DNA of 64,000 nt from a virus. Location: the IMG/VR virus record IMGVR_UViG_3300049043_000244, positions 20,029 to 84,028 of that record, one strand, 5' to 3'. Of this stretch, positions 48,009 through 58,900 are shown one piece after another. A model generated the notes under the pieces. The model ran no database searches, was not told the origin of the DNA, and was given only the letters and a program-made list of their open reading frames with translations. Each line of letters opens with the position of its first letter. Position 1 is the stretch's first letter. Position numbers and translations under genes: made by a program.

Positions 48009-48978
48009 CGTGGTGCAGGACGTTTTCACGCGCTACGCCTTCGCCGAGCTCATGCGCACGCAGGCGGACGCGACGACCGCGATGGCCGCGGTGCTCGCGA
48101 AAGCGCAGCGCCAGGGCCACAAGGCGCCCACGCAGCTCATCACGGACGCCGACGGGGTCTTCAAGGCCCCCGCCTTCGACGCCCTGATGCGGAAGCACGA
48201 CATCGCGCACACCTTCAAGGCGTCCAAGAACGACATCGGCACCGTCGACCGCCTCATCAGCACGATCCGCCGGGCCCTCGCGCAGGAGTCCGCGGAGAGC
48301 GGGGAGAACGACTGGGCGACGCAGCTGGACAAGGTGGTGCGGGGCTACAACGAGGCGCCCCACCGACGACTCTTTGGGGCGTCGCCGACGGACGCGAGCA
48401 AGCCGCCCCAGACGGAGCACGAGAAGGAGCTCGTCTTCGACCTGCGCTACCGCGGGGCTCAGGAGGTGGCGCAGAACCAGCGGCGAGATCGACGAGCGCA
48501 GGGCCAAGCTCGAGAGGGCCGGGGCCTTCCGAACGCTCGTGCAGGCGCCCGAAGCTCGGGAGGCGAGTCTACAAGAACGTCTGGTCCGAGCGCATCCACC
48601 GCCTCTCGGGCTTCGACGAGACCGGGGCGCAGAGCCAAGGACGAGGAGGGCAAGCATGTTCCTGACTGAAGGAGCTCCTCCCCGTCCACCCCGACGAGCA
48701 CGACGACGAGCCTCGCCGACGGCCCAGGTGAAGCCGGCCAACGAGAAGACGAGGGGCATGCTGCGGAAGTATGCCGACAAGGTCACGGCGCCACCTGATG
48801 GCCAAGCCGGGTCGGCAGGAGGCCCTGTGGCGCGTGGCCCAGACGCTCGACAAGGCTGGGCAACTGGCGGGAGGCCACGAAGCTTGCGGGGCTGAATCAG
48901 AAGCGTCAGATGGCGGCGCTGCTCGAGCAGTTCCCGGAGCTCTTCGAGATCAAGGGGAGCGAGGTGGCGCTCAAGTGA
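48009..48978 (+). CDS. retroviral-type (rve) integrase, 5'-truncated, frameshifted
   Basis: VVQDVFTRYAFA...LITDADGVF...TVDRLISTIRR...W...LDKVVRGYNEAPHRRLFGASP. Confidence 0.8.
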
Positions 48979-50077
48979 CTCTCCTCGGCGTACCACCCCT
49001 CCCGACGAAGGTCGGCGATGCACCTGAAAGCGTAGTCGTACTCGAGAGCGACGTTGTACATGTCGTACCGCAGAGCCCTCGCGCGAACGTAGGCCCGATC
49101 GAAGCGACCCTCCAGGGCCAGCCGGACGCCCAGGCAGTAGTCTGCCAGGGTGTGGCAGAGGAGACCCGTCCGGAGATGCTCCACTGTCTCCGCGAAGGCT
49201 CCGGCGTCCGGGGCGATGACGGGGGTGCCGCAGAGCTGGGCTTCGACGTTGACCCCACAGAAGGGCTCCAGGTAGACGCTGGGGGTAAGGAGGCAGGTGA
49301 GCTGACTCAGGAAAACACCCCGGTCGCGACCATGCAGTGGCGGCTGATAGCGGAGGTTGGGGCTCCGATGCGTGTATGCGTCCTCTCCCTGACCGCAGAC
49401 GACGAAGTCGACGTCCGGAAAGCGCCGTGCGACCTCGCAGACGACGTCAAGACCCTTGATGTGGCATATGCGACCGAAGTAGCCGACGAGCGGCTTGGTC
49501 GGGGTTCCGAAGGGCCACTCCGAAACGTCGTAGTAGTTAGGCACTACAAACCAGTAGTTGTGCGGCGGCACCTGCTCGCGGCCACACACCCACGCCTTCT
49601 GAGCGTGCGACTCGAAGATCCGAAAGGGCAGGAAGCTCTGAGGGTACCCGATGCCAGACTCCACGGCCAGAAGCCCCAGGCCCTCGATGGCCTCCCGGTG
49701 GGCCTCGCCGAAGGGTAAGCAGACGATGTCGCCCTCGCGATAACGCTCCAGAAGCGCTGCGCGGAGCCGGCGGTTGAATTCTTTGTAGAGCGGCGTGCCT
49801 ACGTTGGCCAGATCGCCTACGAAGCCCCGGGCTGCGATTCCCTATCGGGGTAAAGCTCGCGGTGCGACTCCAGGCGAAGCTGCTCCCACTCCTCCCGCGA
49901 CAGGAGGTCGACGTTGTCGCTCCCGAGACTGCCGCAACCCTCCACCCCATAGTGGATCACCTCATAGCCCCGACTGCGCATCATCGGGGCGAAGCGCAGG
50001 ACCTTCCCCGTGAACGCGCAGTGCGAGAATTCCGGCGAGGTGATCGTGTGCGGGATGGCCGGCAGATGCAGGCGCAT
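48971..50077 (-). CDS. GT4-like (GT-B) glycosyltransferase, frameshifted
   Basis: MRLHLPAIPHT...CAFTGKV; ESGIGY; YFGRICHIKGL; PSVYLEPFCGVNVEAQLCGTPVI..D.GAFAETV. Confidence 0.85.
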
Positions 50078-50084
50078 TTAATGA

Positions 50085-52021
50085 ATGCAGAGACGCTTGA
50101 CTGTCTTCGACCCCCTCATCGACACCGCCGCCATCGGGCCCACGGGAGTGGGGCCCGGTCCGATGGGGCCCTCTGGCCTGACCGGCGAGCGGAGTGCAGG
50201 AGCCTCTGGTCCGACCGGAGCGACCGGCAGTTGCCGGTGGCGCTCGGAGCGACCGGAGCGACCGGAGTGGCCCGGTGGAGTCGGTGGGCCTCGGAGCGAC
50301 CGGAGCAACCGAGGCGGTGGCATCGGTGGGGTCGGAGCGACCGGGCATGCGGCTCGGGTGGAGTCTTGGAGCGACCGGAGCGACCGGAGTGGCCGGTGGA
50401 GTCGGATCGGGCCTGGCGCGACCGGAGTGGCCGGTGGAGTCGGACCGGCGTCGCAGTGGTCTTGGAGCGACCGGAGCGACTGCAGGCTGGTGGCGTCGGT
50501 GGCGTTGGAGCGACAGGAGCGACCGGAGTGGCCGGTGGAGTCGGAGCGACCGGAATCGCAGGTGGCCTCGGCGGCGACAGGAGCGACCGGAGTGGCCGGT
50601 GGAGTCGGGGCGTCGGAGCGCGACTGGAGCGACCGGCGGATGGCGCTCGGTGGCGTCGGCAGGACCGGAGCGACTCGGAGTGGCCGGTGCGTTGCTGGCC
50701 TGCTGGCAGCACCGGTCCGCCGGCCGGGCAGTCGACGGAGCGATCTGGGCTTGCCGGCAGCACCGGCCCGCGGCCCGGTCCAACAGTCCCTGGCCCGACC
50801 GGCGACCGGCAATATCAACACGCCAGATCACGCAGCTCTATCAGAATTTCAGCTTGTCCGGCGGAGGCACGCTCACCGTCAAAGTCGTCAGCAACCAAGT
50901 GAAGATCCGATGGGACGCGCGGGTGATTGCCACCCCCCTGATGGGGAAGGCGACTTCTTCCCTGTACGACATTCGTATGTCCCACAAGCGGCACGATTGG
51001 CACTGGGCAGATCGCCGACGCCGACGGCATTCCGCTGGGCGCGAACAGCGACAATCTCGCGACGCTGTACTACGTGCTGCCAACGGCCTCGTCGAACGCT
51101 CAATTCCTCAACAACTTCCGCGATCATTACATCAACCAATACGACCGACCAACCTTGATTCGAGGTGGATGGCCCTAGCTACGCTCAACACCGACGCAGG
51201 GTCAACCCTCAAATGGCTACCGGGCGCGGTCGCCCTGCCTCTCCCCGACTAACGGGCAGCAGATCCAGTGGGGCAGCGACGCGCGGCAGCTTGGGCGGGG
51301 CGCCAGCAAGATAATTCTGGATGGTGGGACCGGCAATGCGGCAATCCCTGGCGTCCTGACTTCGAGCAACACTGACATCGGCAGCTTCGTTGCACACGAG
51401 CGTACGACCGCTTACGGCAATCCATCCGGTCGATGACATCCGCTTTGCGCGGGATATCAACTGACACGAGCACCGGATTACACCGGTAACCGGCGACGGC
51501 ATGACTGCACGGTTGCGTGGAATTTGGCGGCACGCTGGCGCTTCCGACAAGTGACAGCGCCTCCGACGACACTGCTCTTCGGAATCACGCCAGCAACGTC
51601 TTCTACAAGAGCGTCGCCCTGGAGCATGATCACCCTGGATTCCTGCACCGTGATTACGGAATTGATCGACGATCGTCGGACAGCTGTACCGCGTGCACGA
51701 AGATCACACGCGTACGGTTATCTCCTGGCAGCGATCCCGTATCCAAGCGGCGGCCATTGCATCGTCCATCCAACAGCCACTGGCAAGGCGAACTTCATCA
51801 CCGATCGAACCGGCAGAACCTCTGCAGGTGAGCGCGGTATAAAACTGGCGACCATGACGCCTCCACACCCCGCAGGGGCGAACGTCACACCGATGGCGAT
51901 CTCGGCAGCCGCCGGACGTGTAGTCGTGCATCGTGGTCCCATGATCGGCAACTCCGCGGAAACTGTAGGGCCCGTAGCACCGTTGCTGACTCGGCGAACA
52001 ACATCGACTTCTACTTGCTGA
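50085..52021 (+). CDS. collagen-like fibre protein with C-terminal globular domain, frameshifted
   Basis: Gly-X-Y repeats (GATGVAGGV), then beta-rich domain. Confidence 0.7.
50135..50810 (+). repeat. tandem 9/27-nt collagen-coding repeats GGAGCGACCGGAGTGGCCGGTGGAGTC
   Basis: Unit recurs many times with indels. Confidence 0.85.
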
Positions 52022-52783
52022 TCCTCTAGGAGCAGCCGGTGCTCGAAGCGAATCCAAAAGATGTCTTCAGGCTTCTTGGCCTCCAGCCTTACGTACAGAA
52101 ACGAGTAGGGCTCCTCGGTAGCCTCGCGGTAAAACTGCATGACGGTCTTCTTGTCGACAAGAGCCGACACCTCCTCGCAGAAAGCGTCTAGCTCCATCTG
52201 GGAGCGAAGCCGAAACACGAAGAGGGCCGTCGCCTGCGACCGAATGGCCGGCGAGATCGCCTTCCACTTCTGCGTCGAAATCAGCGTGCTGATCTTGGCG
52301 TGACGGCCTCTGAAAAACAACTCCCAGACCAGCGTCTCAGTCCGAGTGAAATCGGGCCGATCTGCGAAATCGTCAACGATGATAAGGATGTTGAACAACG
52401 TCTTCAGCTTCGCTTCCTTGGCTCGGCGAATCACTTCCTTCTGCGTCTGAATGACCCGCTGTAGGTCGTCCGGCTTATAAGATTGGAACAGGAACTGCTC
52501 CCTGTCGTTGTCTTGTCCTAGCTCAGTCTTGCACATCTTGATCACCGGCTCCCAGACGGTATCTACGAGCACCGAGGGCGACCAGATGTAGATCCGAGCG
52601 AAGACGCTCCGGCCCCGCCGACGGAAGAAGTCGCAACACATCGCCTGGATGAGCTGAAGTCTTGCCGGACCCGCTGGGCCCGAGGAGAGCCATGCGGGCG
52701 GGGATGCTCGGCAGAATCTCGTGCTCAGGCTGCTCCGTGTGCCACTCCTTGACCTTCTTAGGGACGACTTTCGGCGGCTCCAT
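52012..52783 (-). CDS. A32-like/FtsK-HerA DNA packaging ATPase
   Basis: LLGPSGSGKT (Walker A), LIIVDDFAD (Walker B), FFRGRHAKISTLISTQK...AIRSQ; 3' end approximate. Confidence 0.9.
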
Positions 52784-52806
52784 TTTCCGGGGCCCTTTAC
52801 AAAAGC

Positions 52807-54047
52807 ATGGCGAGCATTCGCAAACTCTACATCGACTCGAGGTTCGGCATCGGGCCGCCCAACGATTTCACCGTCGAGCTGCCCTTGCAGGTGACCACGA
52901 CCAAAGGAGCAAGGCCTTGTCCTGGGGCAGTTCAGCATTCCGAACGTGTTCGGGAGCGTCATGGCCGGGTACAACGACCGACTCTATTGGCGGGTGGACG
53001 GCGTGGACACTCCGAACACCATACAGACCGGGGTCAACGACCGCTTCTACTGGGGGTGGGACGACGGACAGCAAAACTGGATCATCACCACCCTGCCGGC
53101 CGGCACCTACACCGCCGCGCAGATGGCCACGCTCCTGGCCGTCCGGATCAACAATGTCATTCCGAATCTGGTCGCGACGGCTGGCCCCCGCAATACGACG
53201 CGCCGGTCATCCAATGGAACTCCACCACCCACGCGCTCTACCTCCCCTCGTACCAAGACATCACCGACCCAACGTGGCAGCGGAACGTGTGGCGCGGGGC
53301 CGCGTACAACGTCCTGGACAGCAGAAGCGTCGGGTGCATCCACAACGAAACGCCACAGTGGCAGCGGGACTGGACCGTCGTCATTCACGAGCCCAGCGCC
53401 TTCATCGACTACAACATCTGCAACACCATCGCGCCTGGGACCTACACCGGAGCCGACTTCGCGACGCAGCTGCAGAGCACGCTGAGCTTCGGGGCGGCGA
53501 CCACCGGCAACACCCCCACCTGCACCTACATCCCAGACGAGGGCGTCGTGAGGATCCAGGGCAGCAAGGCCATCATGATCTTCGACCCGAGCCTACTGGA
53601 CAGCCCGAGGTGGCTCGCGGACGAGTGGTTCGCGCCGAAGTACAGGCGACTCGGACAGACGCTGATCCCGGGCGACCTCCGGATCCGCCAACCACATCGC
53701 CTGGGGGCCCCAGGCCGTTCAGCACCGACTTCCTGACCTACCACCTCGATCTCAGCGGCATCCGAGAGGTCTACGTCCATTGCTCAGTGTCGGACAACAT
53801 GACCCTATCGATCTCGGGCATGCGCGACGTGATCGGCTGCGTCCAGATCGACGAGAGCTGGGGGAGCGTCATCACCTATCGGCCCTACAGTCTCGCGGAC
53901 CAGGACATCATACCCCTCCAAGACGGCGTCCTGGGCCCCACGATGCGCTTCTACCTCACGGACGCCTACGGCAAGCCCCTCCCCATCGGCCAGAGCTACG
54001 TCTTCATCCAGCTGTCCATCGTCCCACTCAACACGATGGAGACCTAA
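52807..54047 (+). CDS. minor capsid (penton) protein with insertion domains, frameshifted
   Basis: N-term RKLYIDSRF...NDFTVELP; C-term DLSGIREVYVHCS...LTDAYGKPLPIG...IQLSI, a single jelly-roll penton pattern. Confidence 0.7.
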
Positions 54048-54055
54048 GAGAAAAA

Positions 54056-54189
54056 TGGCGTGGCACCCGCCGTCCGTCCAACACGCTCTGCAGAAAGCCG
54101 TCCAGCTGGGCAGCGCGGCTCACACCGCCTACCAGGTGGGGAAGGGCATCTACACCGTGGGGAAGTTCCTAGCGCCGCTGTTACTATAA
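54056..54189 (+). CDS. small amphipathic peptide (~44 aa)
   Basis: MAWHPPSVQHALQKAVQLGSAAHTAYQVGKGIYTVGK..APLLL. Confidence 0.55.
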
Positions 54190-54195
54190 AGCACA

Positions 54196-54417
54196 ATGGC
54201 GCTCCACACCACCCGTCGGCTGGCACGACAGGGGTGGCAGCACGCGAAACGAGCCATCGGAACGGTGTCCGCGGCGGCCGACAAGGCCACCCCGTTCTAC
54301 ACCAAGTACGTACACCCAGTGCTGGACGCGAATCCAGAAGACGCGAACCCTCGCGAAATACGTCCACTCCGGCCTGATGGTCAACCGCGCGGCCGGAACT
54401 ACCGCCGACGCGTATGA
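54196..54417 (+). CDS. small basic amphipathic protein
   Basis: MALHTTRRLARQGWQHAKRAIGTVSAAADKATPFYTKYVHP. Confidence 0.55.
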   Translation: MALHTTRRLARQGWQHAKRAIGTVSAAADKATPFYTKYVHPVLDANPEDANPREIRPLRPDGQPRGRNYRRRV

Positions 54418-54466
54418 GCGCATCCGGGGTTCCCTGGGCCGCTGAGTTTTTTTCCGTCACCAATAA

Positions 54467-54889
54467 ATGGATGGCGGAGCCAGACCAAAACGAGGTAGAG
54501 CCGGAGCCGGAGCCGGAGCCGGAGGAGCCGAAGGAGGAGCCGAAGGAGGAACCAAAGCCCGAAAAGAAACCAAGAGGGCGACCGCGAAAGGAACCGACGG
54601 AGGAGCCGAAGCCAAGAGGGCGACCGCGGAAGGAGCCAAAGCCGGAGCCAAAGCCGGAGCCAAAGCCGGAGCCGGAGCCAAAGCCGGAGCCAAAGCCAAA
54701 GCAGCGGAACGGAGCCAACGCCGAAGGAGCCAAAGGAGCCAAAGCCGACCGCGAGCGGAGCCAAAGCAGGAGGCAAGAGTCACGTTTGAGGAGGACACCA
54801 TGGCGCAGCTGGCGCAGCTCCTCAAGCAGCACGCCGAAGACACCAAGCTGAAGCGCCGACAGCACATGCAGACCCTCCTGGGACTCTAA
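54467..54889 (+). CDS. Glu/Pro/Lys-repeat protein with AT-hook motifs
   Basis: EPEPEP, KKPRGRPRKE, KPRGRPRKE; C-term MAQLAQLLKQHAEDTKLKRRQHMQTLLGL. Confidence 0.65.
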   Translation: MDGGARPKRGRAGAGAGAGGAEGGAEGGTKARKETKRATAKGTDGGAEAKRATAEGAKAGAKAGAKAGAGAKAGAKAKAAERSQRRRSQRSQSRPRAEPKQEARVTFEEDTMAQLAQLLKQHAEDTKLKRRQHMQTLLGL

Positions 54890-55568
54890 GAGAAAATGAA
54901 GAAGCCCAAGGCGCTTGGCATCAAGCGACGCATCACCATCCTCGACAGGATGGACGCCGTGAAGCGACTACAGAGCGTCGGCGAGGAGCGGAAGGCGCAG
55001 CTGCTGGCGGAGCCAGACCAAAACGAGGTAGAGCGGAGCAGCAGGAGCCGGAGCCGAAGGAGGAGCCGGAGCCGAGGAGGAGCCGGAGGAACCAAAGCCC
55101 GAAAAGAGACCAAGAGGACGACCGCGAAAGGAACCGAAGGAGGAGCCGAAGGAGGAACCGAAGCCAAGAGGGCGACCGCGGAAGGAGCCGGAGCCAAAGC
55201 AGTCAGCAAGAGCCAAAGCAGACACAAGAGCCAAAGCGGCGACCGCGGAAGGAGCCGGAGGAGCCGAAGCCCCCAAAGCCAAGAGGGCGACCGCGGAAGG
55301 AGCCGGAGTCAAAGGAGCCAGGGCCGCGAGAGCCGGCAAGAGTCACGTTTGAGGAGGACACCATGGCTCAGCTGGCGCAGCTCTTGAAGCAGCACGCCGA
55401 AGACACCAAACACAGGCGCCGGCAGCTCATGCAGAATCTCCTGGGACTCTAAAGAGAAAATGAAGAAGCCTAAGGCGCTTGGCATCAAGCGGCGCATCAC
55501 CATCCTCGACAGGATGGACGCCGTGAAGCGACTACAGAGCGTCGGCGAGGAGCGGAAGGCGCAGCTGC
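54472..55568 (+). repeat. imperfect tandem duplication (~530-560 nt unit)
   Basis: TGGCGGAGCCAGACCAAAACGAGGTAGAGC at ~54472 and ~55005; MKKPKALGIKRRITILDRMDAVKRLQSVGEERKAQLL at 54896 and 55460. Confidence 0.9.
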
Positions 55569-55705
55569 TCCACCGCTCCACGAAGGACGAGATCGATCGA
55601 CTTCGCGGCGTGCTGCACCACACCATGCCGACGAACTCGCGAGCGGTCATCGAGCACTTGGCGCACCTGAACCACGAGCTGAGTAAGATGAAGCAGTACA
55701 AGTAA
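55460..55705 (+). CDS. basic helical hypothetical protein
   Basis: Intact 81 aa ORF; truncated copy at 54896. Confidence 0.65.
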   Translation: MKKPKALGIKRRITILDRMDAVKRLQSVGEERKAQLLHRSTKDEIDRLRGVLHHTMPTNSRAVIEHLAHLNHELSKMKQYK

Positions 55706-55707
55706 AC

Positions 55708-55973
55708 ATGGCGCGCAGAGTCATCGGACCAGGGCTCCATGTGGTCCCACGGTTCGAAGACATGCTGCAAAACAAGACGACGCTCCACGAGCCCCACGCC
55801 CTCAAGCACACCGAGATCATGGAGAGCCCCGCGTACCAAAACCTCTACGCACACTTCAAGAGCATCGAGACGACGCAGGAGCTCCTGGCGCAGCAGCAGC
55901 TCCTGCACGCCACCCTCACGCAGATCGCGGCCAACATCAACATGCCCGTCGACGTCATCCGCGAGACGCTCGG
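55708..55973 (+). CDS. hypothetical protein truncated by adapter junction
   Basis: High-GC3 ORF running into adapter-like sequence. Confidence 0.55.
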
Positions 55974-55994
55974 GCAATACTAAACTGACGAGTA
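55974..55994. other. degraded Oxford Nanopore adapter (chimera junction)
   Basis: GCAATACTAAACTGACGAGTA vs adapter reverse complement GCAATACGTAACTGAACGAAGTA, at a composition switch. Confidence 0.7.
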
Positions 55995-58900
55995 GCATCC
56001 AAAACACTTACTATTGTCTTGATGATGTTCAATTGCAGGGAGGCTGCATACTGGGACAGTTTTGTTGTGGCGAAAGAATGTCGGGCGTGCCACCACCATA
56101 GCATAGATGAGTTCCCCAATGGCCGCTCGATATGAGAACCCAGCTTGGGTTTGTATGTGGTCTTGGTCTTTGGGGGTAGATGGGCATGTGACAGTTTCCA
56201 GGGTGCGCTGGTACGATAGAGTCGTCCCGCATTGGCAATGGCTTGTGTGCTGCATGGAGTGATGTCCAGTTGTGGGTGTTCAAGGAGTTTGACGATGTAG
56301 TCCTCGCAGGAGATTTTAATAAATTGTCGGGTTTGCTGGACATTGACGCCATTGAACTTGCGAATGATGCCCAGATCGTTAAAGTGGTACAGTGAGGTGG
56401 CAACCAATGTCCCAAGATGGTTTGTTGGCACGTTGCCTGGTCGATCGCCGCAATGGCAAAGTCGTCGACTTGTCGTAGGAGCATTTGGAGACCAGCGTTG
56501 GTTGTCCCATCCCGCTCTGACATACAAGCATTTCTGTGCGTTGTAGGTGTAAAGTGTAAGGATTTTGCAAAGGATCTCGTGTAGATGCGTTTCCCAAAGG
56601 CGAGGAGCTTCTGGGTGGCCCTGTAGCATGTTGGACGGGCAGGACGTACCCAACTGGAATAGGCGGTAATTTCCGATAGTCCGTCCACCATCCATTCACC
56701 GCATTGGTCGTCAATCGCCATATAGAATGGATCCACTGGGTGGCGCTTCTGCAAACGCGTTGCCAGCATCAGCGCCCATAACAATTAGGTTGGTGCTTGC
56801 AGCCAAACTCCAGAATAGGCGACATGCTGGTTGTTCCACACAAGTAGCATATGTTTCGGCGATTGTGACTGCCTTGCCGATCGGCTTGCCCCATTTGCAC
56901 GTGCCTCGTGCCTTTAGGATGGCTGCACCTGATTTCGGATCCTCCTTGATGACATAAGTCCACACAAAGGGAAGCACTGTGGCGTTGCCGTGCGAGGACA
57001 TGGCTCACCGAACATTTGTTGTTTCTGATATTTGTTGTGCTGTTGCCATTCGGCTTTGTGCTACTTGTCGTAATCGTCACGTTGCTTTAGTTGAGTGCGA
57101 GTTAGAGCAATCACATGTTCGAAGTCTGTAGGTGCTGTAGATTGAGCATGGTAGTGATTGAGGTGACGAAGTTGGTCAAATGAAGCTGGGGAATGTCTTG
57201 CTCATTTGTGAACGGGACTCCAGTTTTGCGATTCAATCGTGACCCTTACACCCACTGGCACGGAGGTCGGAGATGTGGGTGATAAGGTGCTGACTTGTCA
57301 TAATGTCAGTCCCGTTTAGTTTGCGAACTACTGTATGGCGTATGGTCGAGCGCCACCGGGGAATACGGTAGGCCATGGTGCCTTCTTGACAACCCTGTAC
57401 CCAGACTCGATGAGTGTCAGTATCCTCCACCACCTGGAGGCCGAGGGTCGGAAGACGGTTCATAAGTAGTTCGACTGTGATAGGGTCGCTAGCCAATAAG
57501 CGTCATGCGAAACTTGGAGGTGTATGATTTCCTCTAGGCGGCGCTCTTCATTGTCCATTGAGCAAAGAGTTTGGCCGCCGCAGCAGTGATAGGTTCTCGT
57601 GTGGAGGTGGTTTGGTCATGGTGGTGTAGTGTCTTGACCTCGTCTAAAGAGGGGCTAGTGTCCTTGGTTTCCACATAGGCACCCATGTCCAACTTGTCCG
57701 CTGTAGTTGTGCACCGACCATATCTATGTGCGTGCGGCAGGCAGGTGTCCAGTAGTAATTGGGCCCCGGAGGGGCGGTGCGTGGATCCATAGTGGAATTC
57801 GTCAACAAGGCAGTGACGAGCCATCTTTTCGCGATGCGTGACCATATCAAAGTAGACTATGTTTTTCTCCGTTGCCCCAAATCGTAGGAAGATGCCAGAT
57901 AGTGGTGTGGATCTGCTTTGGTGGGTCGCAGGCCGCTTTTTCGTACCGTGACATGGGGCCTCCGAATGCGCGTAGGTGTCGCAGGTTAGCTCGTTGGCCT
58001 GTCCACACCGTGTACGGTACTGCATTGATTCCGGAATGGTAGAGGCGGTTGTAGATGTAGGCTGCATAGACAAGTGCGTCTGCCCAAAATGCAGTGTTCA
58101 GTCCCGCCGAATACAGCAAGCATCGAGGACCATCGTGCCAAGGGTGCTATGTGGTCGCTCCGCCATTCCGTTTTGGGCGGATGTGTCTGTGGCCGTAGAC
58201 TGTACCGTATAGCCTCGTTGCGCAACCGTCTGACGAAACTGTGTAGACAGTGCGAGAGAGCCTTCGCCGTCGCTTCGTATGTATCGTTCCCTTGCAGACA
58301 CTGTGGACCCGTGTGTCTCAAGGAACTTGTCGATAAGCGTGGTTTTAATCGATTTCGATCGGAGGGGAAACACCCAAATGTAGCGCGATTTTCTTGTCGA
58401 TGATCAGTAAGTAGCATACGAACCCTTGACGGCTTTCAATGAGCTTCGTGTGGGCCTCCTCGCGCCGGTCAACTGCTGCCTCTAAGTTGGTCGGGCCCCT
58501 GATGTAACCCTATGTCCATCTGGAAAATTTGTCCTGGTTGGAGGTTGGGGGGGGCTTCAAGTTCCGTGGGGCCTCTAGGGGCTTTGCGCAGTTTCGCAAT
58601 GTCGCAGGCCCGACATGTGACCACCGGAGGGATTGCACCATGTTTGAAAGGTGGGATGCCATCCACATGTTTTTGTGTGGCCCGCAGTTTGGACTCGGAG
58701 CAGTGAGCCAGTCGTTGGTGCCACGTGTGGAAGTGAATGACATCTTGTTCCAGAGTGGGTTGGCTACGGGGCTGTGTCATGTCAGTGTGCGTGAGAGCGT
58801 ACAACGGACTGATTTAGTGGTTGAGTTTTGTGAGCCCAGTAAGTATGAGTAGTGCTCGGAGTCAATTTCCACGGTGTAGTCAGACGGTATCATAGCGGAC

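Larger units (their letters stand above)
48009..55973. mobile_element. Polinton-like virus/virophage-type element (partial)
   Basis: Abrupt GC rise; rve integrase, A32/FtsK-HerA packaging ATPase and penton-like gene in compact array. Confidence 0.8.

Noticed and set aside
47182-48978. Integration of a eukaryotic-virus element into a cyanophage tail-fibre gene, or a fibre-integrase fusion ORF
   Set aside because: Both genes are truncated at the join, there is no terminal repeat or target duplication, the hosts are incompatible and the read is demonstrably chimeric elsewhere.
47949-55400. Many long overlapping antisense/alternate-frame ORFs in the GC-rich segment
   Set aside because: Expected shadow ORFs from high GC and repeats; they have no recognisable motifs.
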